Assembly (NCBI GenBank): GCA_964016885.1 | Contig: OZ024753.1 | Span: 17,298,001 to 17,362,000 of the forward strand | Length of the DNA: 64,000 nucleotides | Source: Eledone cirrhosa | Lineage: Eukaryota | Direction: 5' to 3' | In this document: one piece after another, positions 14,061-31,949 of the stretch | How the letters are laid out: each line of letters begins with the position of its first letter | How positions within the stretch are numbered: position 1 is the stretch's first letter | The notes under the pieces: model-generated | The model's database searches: none | The model's input: only the letters and a program-made list of their open reading frames with translations | Told to the model about the DNA's origin: nothing | Position numbers and translations under genes: made by a program

Positions 14061-14734
14061 GCCACCAGGAAGGTAGCCGGTCAAAAAAATATACTCGAAA
14101 TTAAGAGAAAGAGATAACATACATACTCACATATATACACACATACATACAAACATACATACATACATACACACATACATACACGCACACATACATACAT
14201 ACACACACACATACATACATATATACATACATACACACATACATACACACACACATACATACATGATGACTGCCCCCTCGTTATCGAGTATGGCCATTGC
14301 ACGATATACCATTATTAATAATTATTAATTAATTCTATCGTACAATGCCTGTGCGTGAAGAAAGTGAGGAAAGACTGTGCACTGAGCCAATCCCACTCTC
14401 AGCGACAGTAGCTATAACACGAAAAGAAGAAAAGATCAACATCATCGGTAACTACTTGGCTGCAGGTTTTATATCGGAGTTATCCCAGTTTCCTGAGTTG
14501 CCTTCTCCTAGAAGAATGTCTTGACAAAGGCTAGGGGTCCTTCACTCCCAGTGGTTTAACCGCGTGGTACATGTGTATATACATATTTACATACTTTCGG
14601 ATGGCCGTTGACTCTTATGAGTTCTTCCGCCCATACATACATACATACATACATACATACATACATACATACATACATACATACATACATACATACATAC
14701 ATACATACATACATACAGGGTGGAGTATCTGCTG

Positions 14735-15190
14735 GTACTCCACCCTGATTACACCTTCAGATTTATGCCTGTGATTATTGGGGCACTGGGATATGTTAGT
14801 AACTGCCTCAATACAAATCTTGAGAAGCTAGGCTTCACAGGAACAGAAAGAACACAACTAGTTAGGAACACAACTAGTTAGGAAATTACAAGTACAATCC
14901 ATTAATGGAACAGTAAAAATATGTAAAACATTCCAAAAATGTTGCATCTAATAACTGCATATACACATGTACAGATACAAAGCATATACACATGCACACA
15001 TACAACTCAACACATCCACATCCACACATACAATAACATCCATATCTACACATGCATGCATGCAGACATACATACATATCTACCTAGTTGATGTGTAAAT
15101 TCCAATGAGAGAGTCTTGTGTCTATGTTAGAAACCGACTCTCTCTCTATTGGTAAAACTTTGTGAAATTATAAAACCAGAAGAACATACA
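14735..15190 (+). mobile_element. Short 3' copy of the (CATA)n-associated RLE LINE
   Basis: Near-identical to ~15982-16410, with a 19-bp internal duplication at ~14850-14885; flanked by (CATA)n. Confidence 0.85.
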
Positions 15191-15297
15191 TACATACATA
15201 CATACATACATACACACATACATGCATGCATGCATACATACATACATACATACATACATACATACATACATACATACATACATACATACATACATAC

Positions 15298-16410
15298 ATC
15301 AAAAACTCACACCCAGGGATGTCGCTCAGCAGTATCGCAGTGAATCCATGGATGAAAAAACTGCATGCCTATCAGCAAAAGATCAAGCATGGATATGTTG
15401 CCAGGAAGCTCCAGAGTGAGAATAATATAGATAAGGAAAGCAGTCTATCTTGGACCAACAACCGCTATATTGTCTCCCACTTTGAAGGATACGCTTTTGC
15501 AATCCAGGAACAGGAGGTTAGCATGAAATACCTGATTCACAAAAAAGATAGGGATGCAGGCAAAACACCTAGATGTGATAACAAGTGCAGACTCTGCAGA
15601 ACTAACATCGAAGATATCACCCATGTCATCAGCAGCTGTCCAAAGATGTCATCGCGGTACTATCTACCTATGAGGCATGATGTAGTGGCCAAAACACTGT
15701 ACAATGCAGTTCGTAAAAAAGATAGCCCCGATAATAAACACATTAAAAGCTACAACAATGTGGAAGACATCCATGTACATAATATGAAAGAGTACTGGTG
15801 GAATGTTCCAGTAAAAACCCAAATAAAATGCAGGCATAACAGACCAGATATTATGATATGGGACAGGGAGAAGAAAACATGCAAAGTAGCGGAAATTAGC
15901 TGCCCATCAGATGCCAATATAATATCAAAGATTAGTGAAAAGGAGAATATTTATGCAGAACTGATGAGAAATCTGCAGATATTCCACCCTGATTACACCT
16001 TCAGATTTATGCCTGTGATTATTGGGGCACTGGGATATGTTAGTAACTGCCTCAATACAAATATTGAGAAGCTAGGCTTCACAGGAACAGAAAGAACACA
16101 ACTAGTTAGGAAATTACAAGTACAATCCATTAATGGAACAGTAAAAATTTGTAAAACATTCCAAAAATTTGGCATCTAATAACTGCATATACACATGTAC
16201 AGATACAGAGCATACACACATGCACACATACAACTCAAAACACTCATCCACACATACAATAACGTCCATATCTACACATGCATGCATACATACATATCTA
16301 CATGGTTGATGTTGTGTAAATTCCAATGAGAGAGTCTTGTGTCTATGTTAGAAACCGACTCTCTCTCTATTTGTAAAACTTTGTGAAATTATAAAACCAG
16401 AAGAACATAC
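15298..16410 (+). mobile_element. 5'-truncated RLE-type (R4-like) LINE inserted in (CATA)n
   Basis: Open frame to 16179 with CRLC...EDITHVISSC, RHDVVAK, HNRPDI...EISCP and PVIIGALG; begins directly after (CATA)n and ends in CATACAT. Confidence 0.9.
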
Positions 16411-17174
16411 ATATATATGCAAACCTATACGTAGAGATACACACACACACACGGATATACACATATATAGATATATTCGTACACAGACACACATACATAT
16501 ATATGCATATTTATATATATGTATATGTATATGAACTTTTTTTGCAAGGTTTTTAATATGAAATCGTGTGTCGAAACAAATATTGTTATACTTGGGGAGG
16601 GTAATAATATTGCCAGAAATAATAACAGAACACACTCACTGTTTGGTTGGTTTTCGCTTCTGTATCTTTTATATCTCCATAGTTAATTTATTTGACAATC
16701 AACGGTTAAAAATACAGATATAAATATATACATATATAGTCTATCAAAGTTCTTTCGTCGCACATCTGCAACATCATCAGTCGTTCTCTTATGTTTCCTC
16801 CCATTGTATTGTAATGTCTACGCCATTTTTATTTATCTAAATAAATAAATAAATAAATGTTATATAACATCTCTGTCTGACGACCGATCCAGACGTATAT
16901 TACTATTGTCTGGGATCCCAAAACCTTTGGTAATGGAGTAGATATATTTTGTTTTGTTCACTTTCTAATTAAATAGCTCTGTTGTATACATAGAGCACTC
17001 TTTTTTCCTTTGCTTTTCCTTCGGAATCCCACTCACACACACACACACACGCAGACACACACATATATATATATACATAGAAGTGGTATTTATTATGTTG
17101 GAAGTCCGACAAATATAAATGTTTATAACTGATTTAGAGCACTCAACAGTTTTCTGGAGTAAATATTCAATGAT

Positions 17175-17403
17175 ATTAAATAAATGGAAACTATATTTAT
17201 AAAACCATATTTATTTTATTATATATATTTCAAGGGCAACCAAGACAACATTCGTACGCTTTCATCAGATAAAATAGATGGGTATGTCTCTATTTAAAAA
17301 ACAAACTTTCTATTTTATCTGATGAAAGCGTACCAATGTTGAAATATATATAATAAAATAAATATGGTTTTATAAATATAGTTTCCATTTATTTAATATC
17401 ATT

Positions 17404-17405
<2 letters not shown>
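17175..17405. ncRNA. Inverted pair of family-A hammerhead motifs (17214-17274 minus; 17313-17358 plus, shortened stem II)
   Basis: TTTTAT CTGATGA aagcgtac... GAAA TATATA TA ATAAAA on both strands within a fold-back repeat. Confidence 0.7.
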
Positions 17406-17436
<31 letters not shown>

Positions 17437-17498
17437 TATATAAGCATATATATATATATATATAGATATAAGCATATATATATATAAGCATATATATA

Positions 17499-17590
<92 letters not shown>

Positions 17591-17631
17591 CGAAACATAA
17601 GTCAATTGCATGAACTCATAAACCTTTATTT

Positions 17632-17687
17632 ACTGCTATATATATTTCGATGATAGCCATTGAATGGCTATGACCTCATCAGGCAGT
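17632..17687 (-). ncRNA. Type-I hammerhead motif (family F)
   Basis: Minus strand: ACTGC CTGATGA ggtcatagccattcaatggctatcatc GAAA TATATA TA GCAGT. Confidence 0.8.
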
Positions 17688-17949
17688 TAGTCAGTTCTTA
17701 GAAATGCCAGCTCTGTGTTGATGGTATCAGAGCAGACGCTCCATCTCAACTCACCTTTTGAAAAGCAGAAGAACTGCGAAACCGGTAAAGGAACCAAATA
17801 AATATATATATTTTTTTTAAAAATAAGACTTCTGTTGCATTTTCGATTTCATCCCTTTTTCTTTATACTTCCACTCGTGTAGGACACCTCGGTTATTTTT
17901 CATTTTGTAAAAAAAACCTCACTTTCTAATATATATATATATACATATA

Positions 17950-18075
17950 TTGAATATAGAAGACCTTCTACAGGACTAGAACTGTTATATTCGTGAGAAA
18001 CCATCAGGAAGCTTCCTGATCATATCTCACGAATGAAACAGTTCTAGTCCTGTAGAAGCTCTTCTATATTGAAAC
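17950..18075. repeat. Family D fold-back element with hammerhead-like core (also 23800-23895, 34908-34992)
   Basis: GCTTC CTGATCA...GAAA CAG ttctagtc CTG TA GAAGC at 18011-18059 (core mutated). The copy at ~23837-23880 has an intact CTGATGA...GAAA. Confidence 0.65.
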
Positions 18076-18132
18076 ATTTATACTCTGCTATGTATTGAGT
18101 ACCTTACTTACTCTGGGATTCTACCCGGATTA

Positions 18133-18168
<36 letters not shown>

Positions 18169-18682
18169 CAATGCCCCTCAGCTTGTGTCTAACATGCGTT
18201 GCTTTAATGTAGTGTACAATATAGAAGTAACCCTAGCTATACAGACCAAGTCTTTACTCTATATTCAGCTCAGGTGTCGTTGAAACACGCTACGAATAAT
18301 TGCTGACAATTTGAAATCTGTTTTTAAACATTTTTTTTTTAAAACGTTTTTCTTTTCGTTACTTGTTTTTACACATTATCCAAATGTTATGTATGTATGT
18401 GTGAGTATGTATGTGTGTGTATGTATGTATGTATGTATGTATGTATGTATGTATGTATGTATGTATGTATGTATGTATGTATGTATGTATGTATGTATGT
18501 ATGTATGTATGTGTGTGTGTATGTATGTATGTGTGTGTGTATGTGTGTGTGTATGTATGTGTGTGTATGTATGTATGTGTGTGTGAGTATGTATGTATGT
18601 AATTCGTATACATAAATGTGTGTATACATACATATCTATCTATCTAGCTATTTACCTATCTCTAAATGTGTCTATCTATCTA

Positions 18683-22606
<3,924 letters not shown>

Positions 22607-22736
22607 AAAGTTCTATTTAAAGTTGTTGGGATACAACAAGTAAATCTTTTTATAACTGATATAAAGCACTCGACAAGTTTTTGGAGTAGATATACGATAT
22701 TAATAAATGGAAATTATATTTATAAAACCATATTTA

Positions 22737-22797
22737 TTTCATTATACATATTTCAGGGATACCACATTAAATTATGGTATGCCTTCATCAGACAAAA
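22737..22797 (-). ncRNA. Type-I hammerhead motif (family A)
   Basis: Minus strand: TTTTGT CTGATGA aggcatacca-loop-tggtatccct GAAA TATGTA TA ATGAAA. Confidence 0.7.
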
Positions 22798-22878
22798 TAC
22801 AATATATAATAGTTTTACAAATAGCTTTGACGTACCCTTTTAAAATGCAACCATTACTTTTGGAGGCTGTCTGGATAG

Positions 22879-22918
<40 letters not shown>

Positions 22919-23066
22919 ATACTTTGGGAGGGTCATGTTGCCAATAAGAAACACACGCACCAGTTGCTTTCACTCTAATTTATTTTAAATTAAATTCATA
23001 AATTTAAGAATTTATAAATTTCCGGTTGGTTGGTTTGTTCCACGACCAGACGATTGTTCATATATT

Positions 23067-23109
23067 GTCAAAGTTCTTTCGTCACACATTCTGTGACCTC
23101 TTCAGTGAC
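23067..23109 (-). ncRNA. Minimal hammerhead motif (family C)
   Basis: Minus strand: GTCA CTGAAGA ggtcacagaatgtgtgac GAAA GAAC TT TGAC. Confidence 0.6.
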
Positions 23110-23998
23110 TGGGGATTCTTTTCTTTTATTTGTTTTTGTGCCTCTCCTTTGTTCTGTCCTACGCCATCTTGTTTTTAAAGTGACTTTCACTTAATAATTG
23201 TCTCTACTTTAGGCACAAGGCCAGCAATTACTCAGTGCATTACTGGTACTTTATTTTATCGACCCCGTAATGATGAAAGCAAAGTCAACCTCGGCGGGAT
23301 TTGAACTCAGATCATAAAGGGACGTAACTATGCTGGAAAGCATGGCGTCCGACCCTCTACTGATATTGCCAATCCACCGCCCTTTCACGTTAATAATTGT
23401 TGCGAAACAGATTTAGAATCTGTCCGGGTATCACGGCCATTGCCAATATAGGTTTGTTATTTTTATTGATTTATTACTTTAAATCGAGACAGGCAAAACC
23501 ATATTATTTTAATTTAGTATTTTTCAACCTAGCTAACTTAGTCATTTGCAATTCGAACACATGTATACTTGTATCGGTGTTCATCCCTCTCATATATTCA
23601 TTTGTGTATATATATATGTATATATAACGAAGGAAATGTGGTAAGGAACCAGGTAGACCATAACGCACCAAAGTACTCAATACTTAGGGTAGTAGAGTGG
23701 GTAATAGGAACGAGTAGGACCCCGACGGCTGAGCTCCAGCCGTTTCGACGCCTAGCTCTGGACTGATGTGCGTCGTTCCTATATATATATATATATATAT
23801 TTAATATAGAAATGGCTTCTGGTGGATTAGAAATGTTTCCTGATGATTTTCTGAATGAAACAGTTCTAGTCCTGTATAAGCCATTTCTATATTAAATATT
23901 TATATTCTGCTATGTATTGAGTACCTTTCTTACTCTGATTACCCCCGATTGAACCCGGGATAAACTTGTATATATATCTCTCCCTCTCTCTCTCTCTC

Positions 23999-24033
<35 letters not shown>

Positions 24034-24170
24034 TCCATCTGGTTCCTTACCACATTTCCTTCGATATATATACATACACACACACACATACACAGGTATA
24101 TATATATATCATCATCTTCGTTTAACGTCCACCTTCCACGCTAGCATGGGGTATGTATATATATACTGAT

Positions 24171-24202
<32 letters not shown>

Positions 24203-24203
<1 letters not shown>

Positions 24204-25506
24204 ATATAAGATCAAAAGATGGTTAAAGGAGTTCCATGTATTTTATTATGCGCATTTCAAAAACAAACATCATCATGCAATAATATTTGTGTTTTCATCA
24301 GATAAAACAGGAGAACATGATATGAAGGCTAAAAAACACTTGTGGATAGTGCAGTTTTAAATCAACATATGAAAAGTGGTTTTAGATTGATGTGTGATAT
24401 TGGGAAAAATATTTTATTTAGAGAGGGGGGTGGGGTGGAAAGGATGAAAAAGGGGAGGAGATGAGAGGGAGAGATGTGTGATAGAGAGAAAGAGATAGTT
24501 TTTATAACTGAGAGAAGATATATTGTTTTACATAGAGAGGTTGAAAACCGTTGGAAGATAATATATAAATTAATTTGAAAATAAACGAAGGGAAGATATG
24601 TGCGAGGAAAAAATATTTTATTTAGGGGAGGGGGGTGGGGGGTGGAAAGGATGAAGAAAGGGGGAGGAGATGAGAGTGAAGGTGGAGAGGGAGAGATGGG
24701 TGATAGAGAGAAAGAGATAGTTTTTATAACTGAGAAAAGATATATTGTTTTACATAGAGAGGTTGAGAACCGTTGGAAGAAAAAATTATTCTCTTCGTTA
24801 ATTTTGAAATTGCCACAATACTTATCAACATACACTTTTTTTGACGTTAGAATATTCATCCACAATTATTATTTTTTCTCTCTATCTTCATACATAAATT
24901 CCCTTCGTTAATTTTCAAATTCCTTTAATTTATACATTATCTTCCAACGGTTCTCAACCTCTCTATGTAAAACAATATATCTTTTCTCAGTTATAAAAAC
25001 TATCTCTTTCTCTCTATCACCCATCTCTCCCTCTCCACCTTCACTCTCATCTCCTCCCCCTTTTTTCATCCTTTCCACCCCACCCCCCTAAATAAAATAT
25101 TTTTTCCTCGCACATATCTTCCCTTCGTTAATTTTCAAATTAATTTATACATTATCTTCCAACGGTTTTCAACCTCTCTATGTAAAACAATATATCTTCT
25201 CTCAGTTATAAAAACTATCTCTTTCTCTCTATCACCCATCTCTCCTTCTCATCTCCTCCCCTTTTTCATCCTTTCCACCCCCCCTCTCTAAATAAAATAT
25301 TTTTCGCAATATCACACATCAATCTAAAACCACTTTTCATATGTTGATTTAAAACTGCACTATCCACAAGTGTTTTTTAGCCTTCATATCATATTCTCCT
25401 GTTTTATCTGATGAAAACACAAATATTATTGCATGATGATGTTTGTTTTTGAAATGCGCATAATAAAATACATGGAACTCCTTTAACCATCTTTTGATCT
25501 TATATT
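24203..25506. repeat. 1.3-kb inverted repeat (~580-bp arms) with a hammerhead near each outer end
   Basis: Arms are reverse complements with scattered differences, and each has an internal ~190-bp tandem duplication; (TA)-rich flanks. Confidence 0.92.
25402..25468 (+). ncRNA. Type-I hammerhead motif (mirror copy 24241-24307 on minus)
   Basis: TTTTAT CTGATGA aaacacaaata...tgtttgttttt GAAA TGCGCA TA ATAAAA: 6-bp stem I, palindromic stem III, AUA site. Confidence 0.8.
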
Positions 25507-25594
25507 ATGTATACTCCAGTCCTACAAACTGTAGAGTGCTTCTTATCCGATATCTGCATTGCTTTATTGTACTACAATAAAACTCACCTCCTAC

Positions 25595-25684
<90 letters not shown>

Positions 25685-25708
25685 CCACATATACATATAT
25701 ATATATAT

Positions 25709-25849
<141 letters not shown>

Positions 25850-25852
25850 GTG

Positions 25853-25883
<31 letters not shown>

Positions 25884-25886
25884 GTG

Positions 25887-25919
<33 letters not shown>

Positions 25920-26154
25920 GTATATATAGGTGTAGAATATCATCAGCACTCGTCGTAGGGTAACATGTATGGAGATGTTTCTTAATAATAAGCATGTTCA
26001 CACTCCACTTAGCATGACATAGATACCTGTACATATGATATATGTCTTTTACCCCGTCTTTTTACTCTTACTAGTCGTCATGATGATGATGATGATGATA
26101 TGATGATTAACATTATCATCTTTATCACTATAGTTGTTGTTGGTCCACTTCTAC

Positions 26155-26287
26155 CTCTTCTTCTTTTTGTTCTTGTTCTTGTTCTTGTTTTTCTTCTTCT
26201 TGTTCTTGTTTTTTTCTTCTTCTTCTTCTTCTTCTTCTTCTTCTTCTTCTTCTTCTTCTTCTTCTTCTTCTTCTTCTTCTATTATTA

Positions 26288-26351
<64 letters not shown>

Positions 26352-26360
26352 TACTACTGA
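26155..26360. repeat. (CTT)n/(ATT)n microsatellites
   Basis: Seen directly. Confidence 0.9.
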
Positions 26361-26667
26361 TGTTTGTGTTGTTATTGTTATTACTAGGCTAGTAGGTGCA
26401 AGAACTGATAAAGGGATGTATAAATATTTATGAATGTTTTTACATCTTTTCTCGTTCAAAGTTCAAATCAGTGTCTAGAGTTGCTCCCTCATCTTTTTTC
26501 TATAGTAGTTATGATATCAGTAGCGACAGACTGACCCCCCACTTCACATATTCAACAAAACATATAGGAATGTCTGTGACCCTTGTGTCAATGTTGAAAA
26601 TCATAATTATAATATATTCAGTAGACTTTTTGTTATTATTCCGTATACTTTCACTGCATTGCCGAAC

Positions 26668-27450
26668 CATCTGGGGTGATCTGGTATGATCTGGGGTGAT
26701 CTGGGCGATCTGGGGTGATCTGGGGTGATCTGGTGTGATCTGGGGTGATCTGGGCGATCTGGGGTGATCTGGTGTGATCTGCGTGATCTGGTGTGATCTG
26801 GGATGATTTTGTGTGATCTGGGGTGATCTGGGGTGATCTAGGGGATCCAGTGTGATCTAGTGGATATGGGGTGATCTGGGGGATCTGGTGTGATCTGGTG
26901 TGATCTGGTATGATCTGGGGTGATCTGAGGTGATCTGATGTGATCCGGGGTGATTTGGGTGATATGGAGTGATCTAGATGATGTAGGCGATCTGGGTGAT
27001 TTGGAACGATCTGGGTGACCTGGATGATCTGGGGTGATCTGGGTGATCTGGGGCGATCTGGGTGATATGGAGCGATCTAGGTGTTACCTGGGTGATCTGG
27101 GTGATCTGTGGAGATATGGGATGTGGAGCGATCTAGGTGTTACCTGGGTGATCTGGGTGATCTGGTGTTACCTGGGTGATCTGGGGCGATCTGGGTGATA
27201 TGGAGCGATCTAGGTGTTACCTGGGTGATCTGGGTGATGTGGAGCGATCTAGGTGTTACCTGGGTGATCTGGGTGATCTGGTGTTACCTGGGTGATCTGG
27301 GGCGATCTGGATGATCTGTGGAGATCTGGGTGATATGGAGCGATCTAGGAGTTACCTGGGTGATCTGGGTCATCTGTGGAGATCTGGGTGATATGGAGCG
27401 ATCTAGATATTACCTGGGTGATCTGGGTGATCCGGGTGATCTGGAACGAT
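26668..27450. repeat. (GGTGATCTG[G])n 9-10-bp minisatellite evolving into higher-order units
   Basis: GATCTGG(G)GT repeats; the distal half has a recurring GGAGCGATCTAGGTGTTACCTGGGT block. Confidence 0.9.
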
Positions 27451-28819
27451 TTCCTCTTTTATCTGTATCACCACACTTCCCTGTATATGGTTACCTTCCG
27501 ATTCTCCAAAATATTTCCCGTGTGTTTCTAGTTTATAGCAGGTACTGTTGTTCAAACATTCTTCTGCGATACTTGACGTGTGTATCGCTAGATTCCAAAC
27601 CTTCTTGCAGCTTATATTCTTAACGAATATACGATCATAGATTTTAGATGTCCTCATGGTCCCTGCAATGTGTTGAAAGTAAACCCCAGAGTAGATAAAT
27701 CTGTCTTTTGTACTACATACCTCTCAATCTACAGAGTTATTAGAGAACATAAATGATGGTAGCCTGAAGGTTAGTATAAGTGTTACTAAGAACACGCCGT
27801 GCAGATCCTATGCGAAAACTATAGAAACACTGAGCTTACGAACAGCAGGATATATGAAAGGTGCGGTAGGGCAGACAACCCTCTCAGACAAGCACTCAAG
27901 TATTAAGCACTCATCTGCCTATGGCATTATGTCAAACAATTGCTGCACCGTATGAGAAAGATTAAGTTGTCCATCGAGTCTATCGTAAAGATTATTCTAT
28001 CGCTTTCGCTTAACAAGGAAGGTCGTACAGATCCATTTGTACTCGCTGGCTGTAACAAAAGAGACAGTATGATGAACGAGGTTGAAAGGTTTGAGGTCAG
28101 CTTGTTTATTTTTTTGCTGAACGAGCGAAGGCTCTATTGTTTTCTTCTAGCACCACTTGAAGGAAAAGGTGAGGATGAGAGAAAGAAGGTCTGATCTTGA
28201 ATAAAGTTTATGAAAGGTGAATGAGAGCGGGAAATTTAGCGTAACGGGATGGCTCGGCGCTCACCTTTCGTTTCTAGACGGCATCAAAGAGAAAGCACTT
28301 GCTTTTGTCTTCAGATTACTCTGTTTTCAAGGTGCCCTGATATATCCCATGCAGCCCACCCCTATATATATTGTTACACATGAGATTTTACTTGTAGTTC
28401 AGTTTTCTCTTATGTTGTACCTCTCGATGTAACACAACCCAGAGCTGTGGCTTTACTTACACCCTTCTTTAGTTACGGGGTCGATAAAATAAAGTACCAG
28501 TAACGTACTGGGGTTGATCTAATCGACTTTTCCCCGGAATTGCTAGCCTTGTGCCTAATTCAGAAACCATTATTATTGTTCTTTGAGTGTCAGTCATTGA
28601 TGTTAGTTAACTGGAAAGTTTGTTGAAATGAATATCAAGCCACTACCTGCAGCCTCAGATATTCAGGACGTATCGGAGGGTTCTTGCTGTTCCCAGCAAG
28701 CATGCCTTTTGAATATTATTGCCGAGATTGACTTTGCCTTTCATCCTTACGGGGTCGATAAAATAAAGTACCAGTAATGCACTGGGTAATTGTTGGCCTT
28801 GTGCCTAAAGTAGAAACAA

Positions 28820-28823
28820 TTAC

Positions 28824-28874
<51 letters not shown>

Positions 28875-28989
28875 GTAGGGCATCACTCTGAAGGCAGTTC
28901 ACACATTTACGTACCTCAGTAACCATAGTAACTCAGAATTATTATAACTGTTGTTGTTGTTGTTGTAGAATTTGTTGTTTTTGTTGTTT

Positions 28990-29026
<37 letters not shown>

Positions 29027-29340
29027 TGTTGAAGAACGAAGAGACTTTTTACAATAGATAAAGAATAAAATACTTTGAACGATGAAGTTACGGATGATGA
29101 CGATGATGATGATGGTGGTGACGATGGTGGTGGTGGTGGTGGTGGTGGTGGTGACGATGGTCATGATGATGACGATGATGATGATGATGATGATGGTGGT
29201 GATGATGGTGGTGGTGGTGGTGGTAATCGTGATGATGATGATGATGGTGGTGGCGGTGGTGGTGGTGACGATGGTGATGACGATGACGACGACGATGATG
29301 ATGACGATGGTGATGACGATGATGATGATGATGAAGATGC
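28820..29340. repeat. (ATT)n, (GTT)n and (GAT/GGT)n trinucleotide tracts
   Basis: Seen directly. Confidence 0.9.
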
Positions 29341-29685
29341 TTGTGGTAGTGGAGCAGATCAAGACAATAGATCTCATCGTTCAACTTTTCTCATTTAATC
29401 AATCATTTGACGACGTCGGGGTGGAGGTTGTTGAAAGCCGGGGTGGAGAAGTGGGGGAGTGTAGGGAGGATAATAGAGAGAGAGGGGGGATAGATAGACA
29501 GTCTGACTAACAGAGGGAGGGGGAACAGAGAGAGAGAGAGTGAGGGAGGAGGGAGATAGATAGATAAGGTATATAACATAGATAAACAGATAGTGATAGG
29601 TAAAATGACAGGTAGATAAATAGACAGACAGATAGACAGACATAGATATGTGTGCGTGTGTGTGTGAGTGTGCGTGTGGTGTATA

Positions 29686-30725
29686 TATCGCATCATAATA
29701 TATATATATATATACACATATATATACACATATATATATATATAAAACAGAGGATGTCTGTCTGTCAATCCCTAAAACTCAAGAAGTACCGGACCGACTT
29801 TTTTCAAACTTTACGCATGCGTTACTTATATTTCTTGAAGTACAATCGGCTAAAAGAAATTTCACTTTTTCTACACTAGGGCCCATATTAGGCGAAAAAC
29901 CGCATTTTAAAGGCAATTTTAGGCTTTTTTGAGGCGTAACTTAAAGATAATCCAGCCGATTTCCTCGAAATTGGTAGCACACATTAGTTAGTCACGTCGC
30001 ATTGCTGTGGACAAAAAAAAAATTTCCGATTCCGTTAATGGTTTCTAGGAAATTTACGAATTAACATTGGACATTAAATGCCATTTTCATTTTCAATATA
30101 AACACTACTTAAACATCGTAAGTATCATATAATATTTCGTTAAAAATTTGGTTTATTTAACAGAGGACACAACGCTTACTTTTAAGCAGGACCCTTTTCG
30201 AGGGATTGAGGAAATGATGAGGATCTTAAAATTTTTGTCGGCGCCATGTTGACGCTTCGTGCTTTCATCACGGTGTTATTGACACCGTAAAACTCACGTC
30301 TGTGCTACTTCTACTAAGACCCCTTTTGTTGCACCTACACAGCACTATGAACGCCCTGCGCAAGTACACCGAACAGCGGTTGTGCTAATTCCTCGGTGAC
30401 CCCTTTTGTCGCACCTTTGTTGCTGTGTTGTGAATCTATAAAACTCGAAAAGTACCTAAACCGGTTTTCTCTAAATGGAAGAAAATTCATACTCTAAGAT
30501 TTAGTACGCTTAAATTGTATCCAGCTTATTTTCTTCAGATATTGCACATGCATGCAGATGTTTCACGATTCGGGCCTGCTGGTGTCCTACGTTTCCAGTA
30601 GATGAACAATCATTCCCTGAGAATAAGGGAATTCAAAAAGTACACAGCTACATTCCTCAATCTTTGCATATTCGTGTTGTTATTTCACGTTTCCTACCCC
30701 GTGCAACAACGGGTCCTGCTGCTAG
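29686..30725 (+). mobile_element. Non-autonomous Helitron
   Basis: 5' TC + (TA)-rich + AAAA...GTCTGTCTGTC start (exact 5' base uncertain). 3' GC-rich hairpin CCCGT-GCAACA-ACGGG (30698-30713), then CTAG (30722-30725) followed by T; no TIRs. Confidence 0.75.
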
Positions 30726-30817
30726 TATAGCTATAAGTGCAAGAGCCTCTTCTAGTATAGACGCAACTTTGTATTAATAAAATAGTGGGAAAGGTTTTGT
30801 CATTCGGAAAATATAGA

Positions 30818-31320
30818 AACACACACACACAGACAGACACACATACACATACACACGCACACAGACAGACACACATACACATACACACACATAGACTCAC
30901 ACACACATACACGCAGACAGACACACATACACATACACACACGCACAGACTCACACACACATACACACCGACAGACACACATACACATACACACACACAG
31001 ACTCACACACAGATACACACATACAGACACACACAGAGACAGACACACACACACACAGACATACACACATACACATACACACACGCACAGACTCACACAC
31101 ACATACACACAGACAGACACACATACACAGGCAGACACACATACACATACACACACGGACATACTCACACACATACACACAGAGACATACACACATAAAC
31201 GCAGACGGACACACATACACACACACATACGCACACATACACACACATAGACACTCACACTCACACACGCGCACACACACACGCATACACACACACACGC
31301 ACACACATACACATACACAC
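30818..31320. repeat. (CA)n-derived compound microsatellite
   Basis: Seen directly. Confidence 0.9.
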
Positions 31321-31493
31321 AAGGAGAAATACACAGAATATGTTGATATCTTTCATTGTCTTCCCAGTGAAATAGTGTTTAAGTGAAAATAGGGTTTTCC
31401 CTTTCTGCTTGACTGATAATTAAGGAGTCCCTTACTGATACTGTTATATGACAATTGTTATTGTTATTATTACCCCCCTCCCCTCTCTCTCTC

Positions 31494-31534
<41 letters not shown>

Positions 31535-31705
31535 TATTAAATATATATAATATATATATATATATAGGAACCAGTAAGACCCCGACGGCTGAGCTCAAGC
31601 AGTTTCGACGGCTAATTCTGGACTTTAATTACCCACTCTACTACCCTAAGTATTGAGTACTTTGGTGCGTTATGGTCCACCTGGTTCGTTACCACATTTC
31701 CTTCG

Positions 31706-31760
<55 letters not shown>

Positions 31761-31881
31761 AAAGTTCTATTTAAAGTTGTTGGGATACAACAAGTAAATA
31801 TTTTTATAACTGATATAAAGCACTCGACAAATTTTTGGAGTAATATCGTATATATATATATATTGGAGTAATATCATATAT

Positions 31882-31949
<68 letters not shown>

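Noticed and set aside
27450-27670. Possible decayed RLE LINE N-terminal fragment on the minus strand
   Set aside because: Multiple stops and only vague similarity; not supportable by eye.
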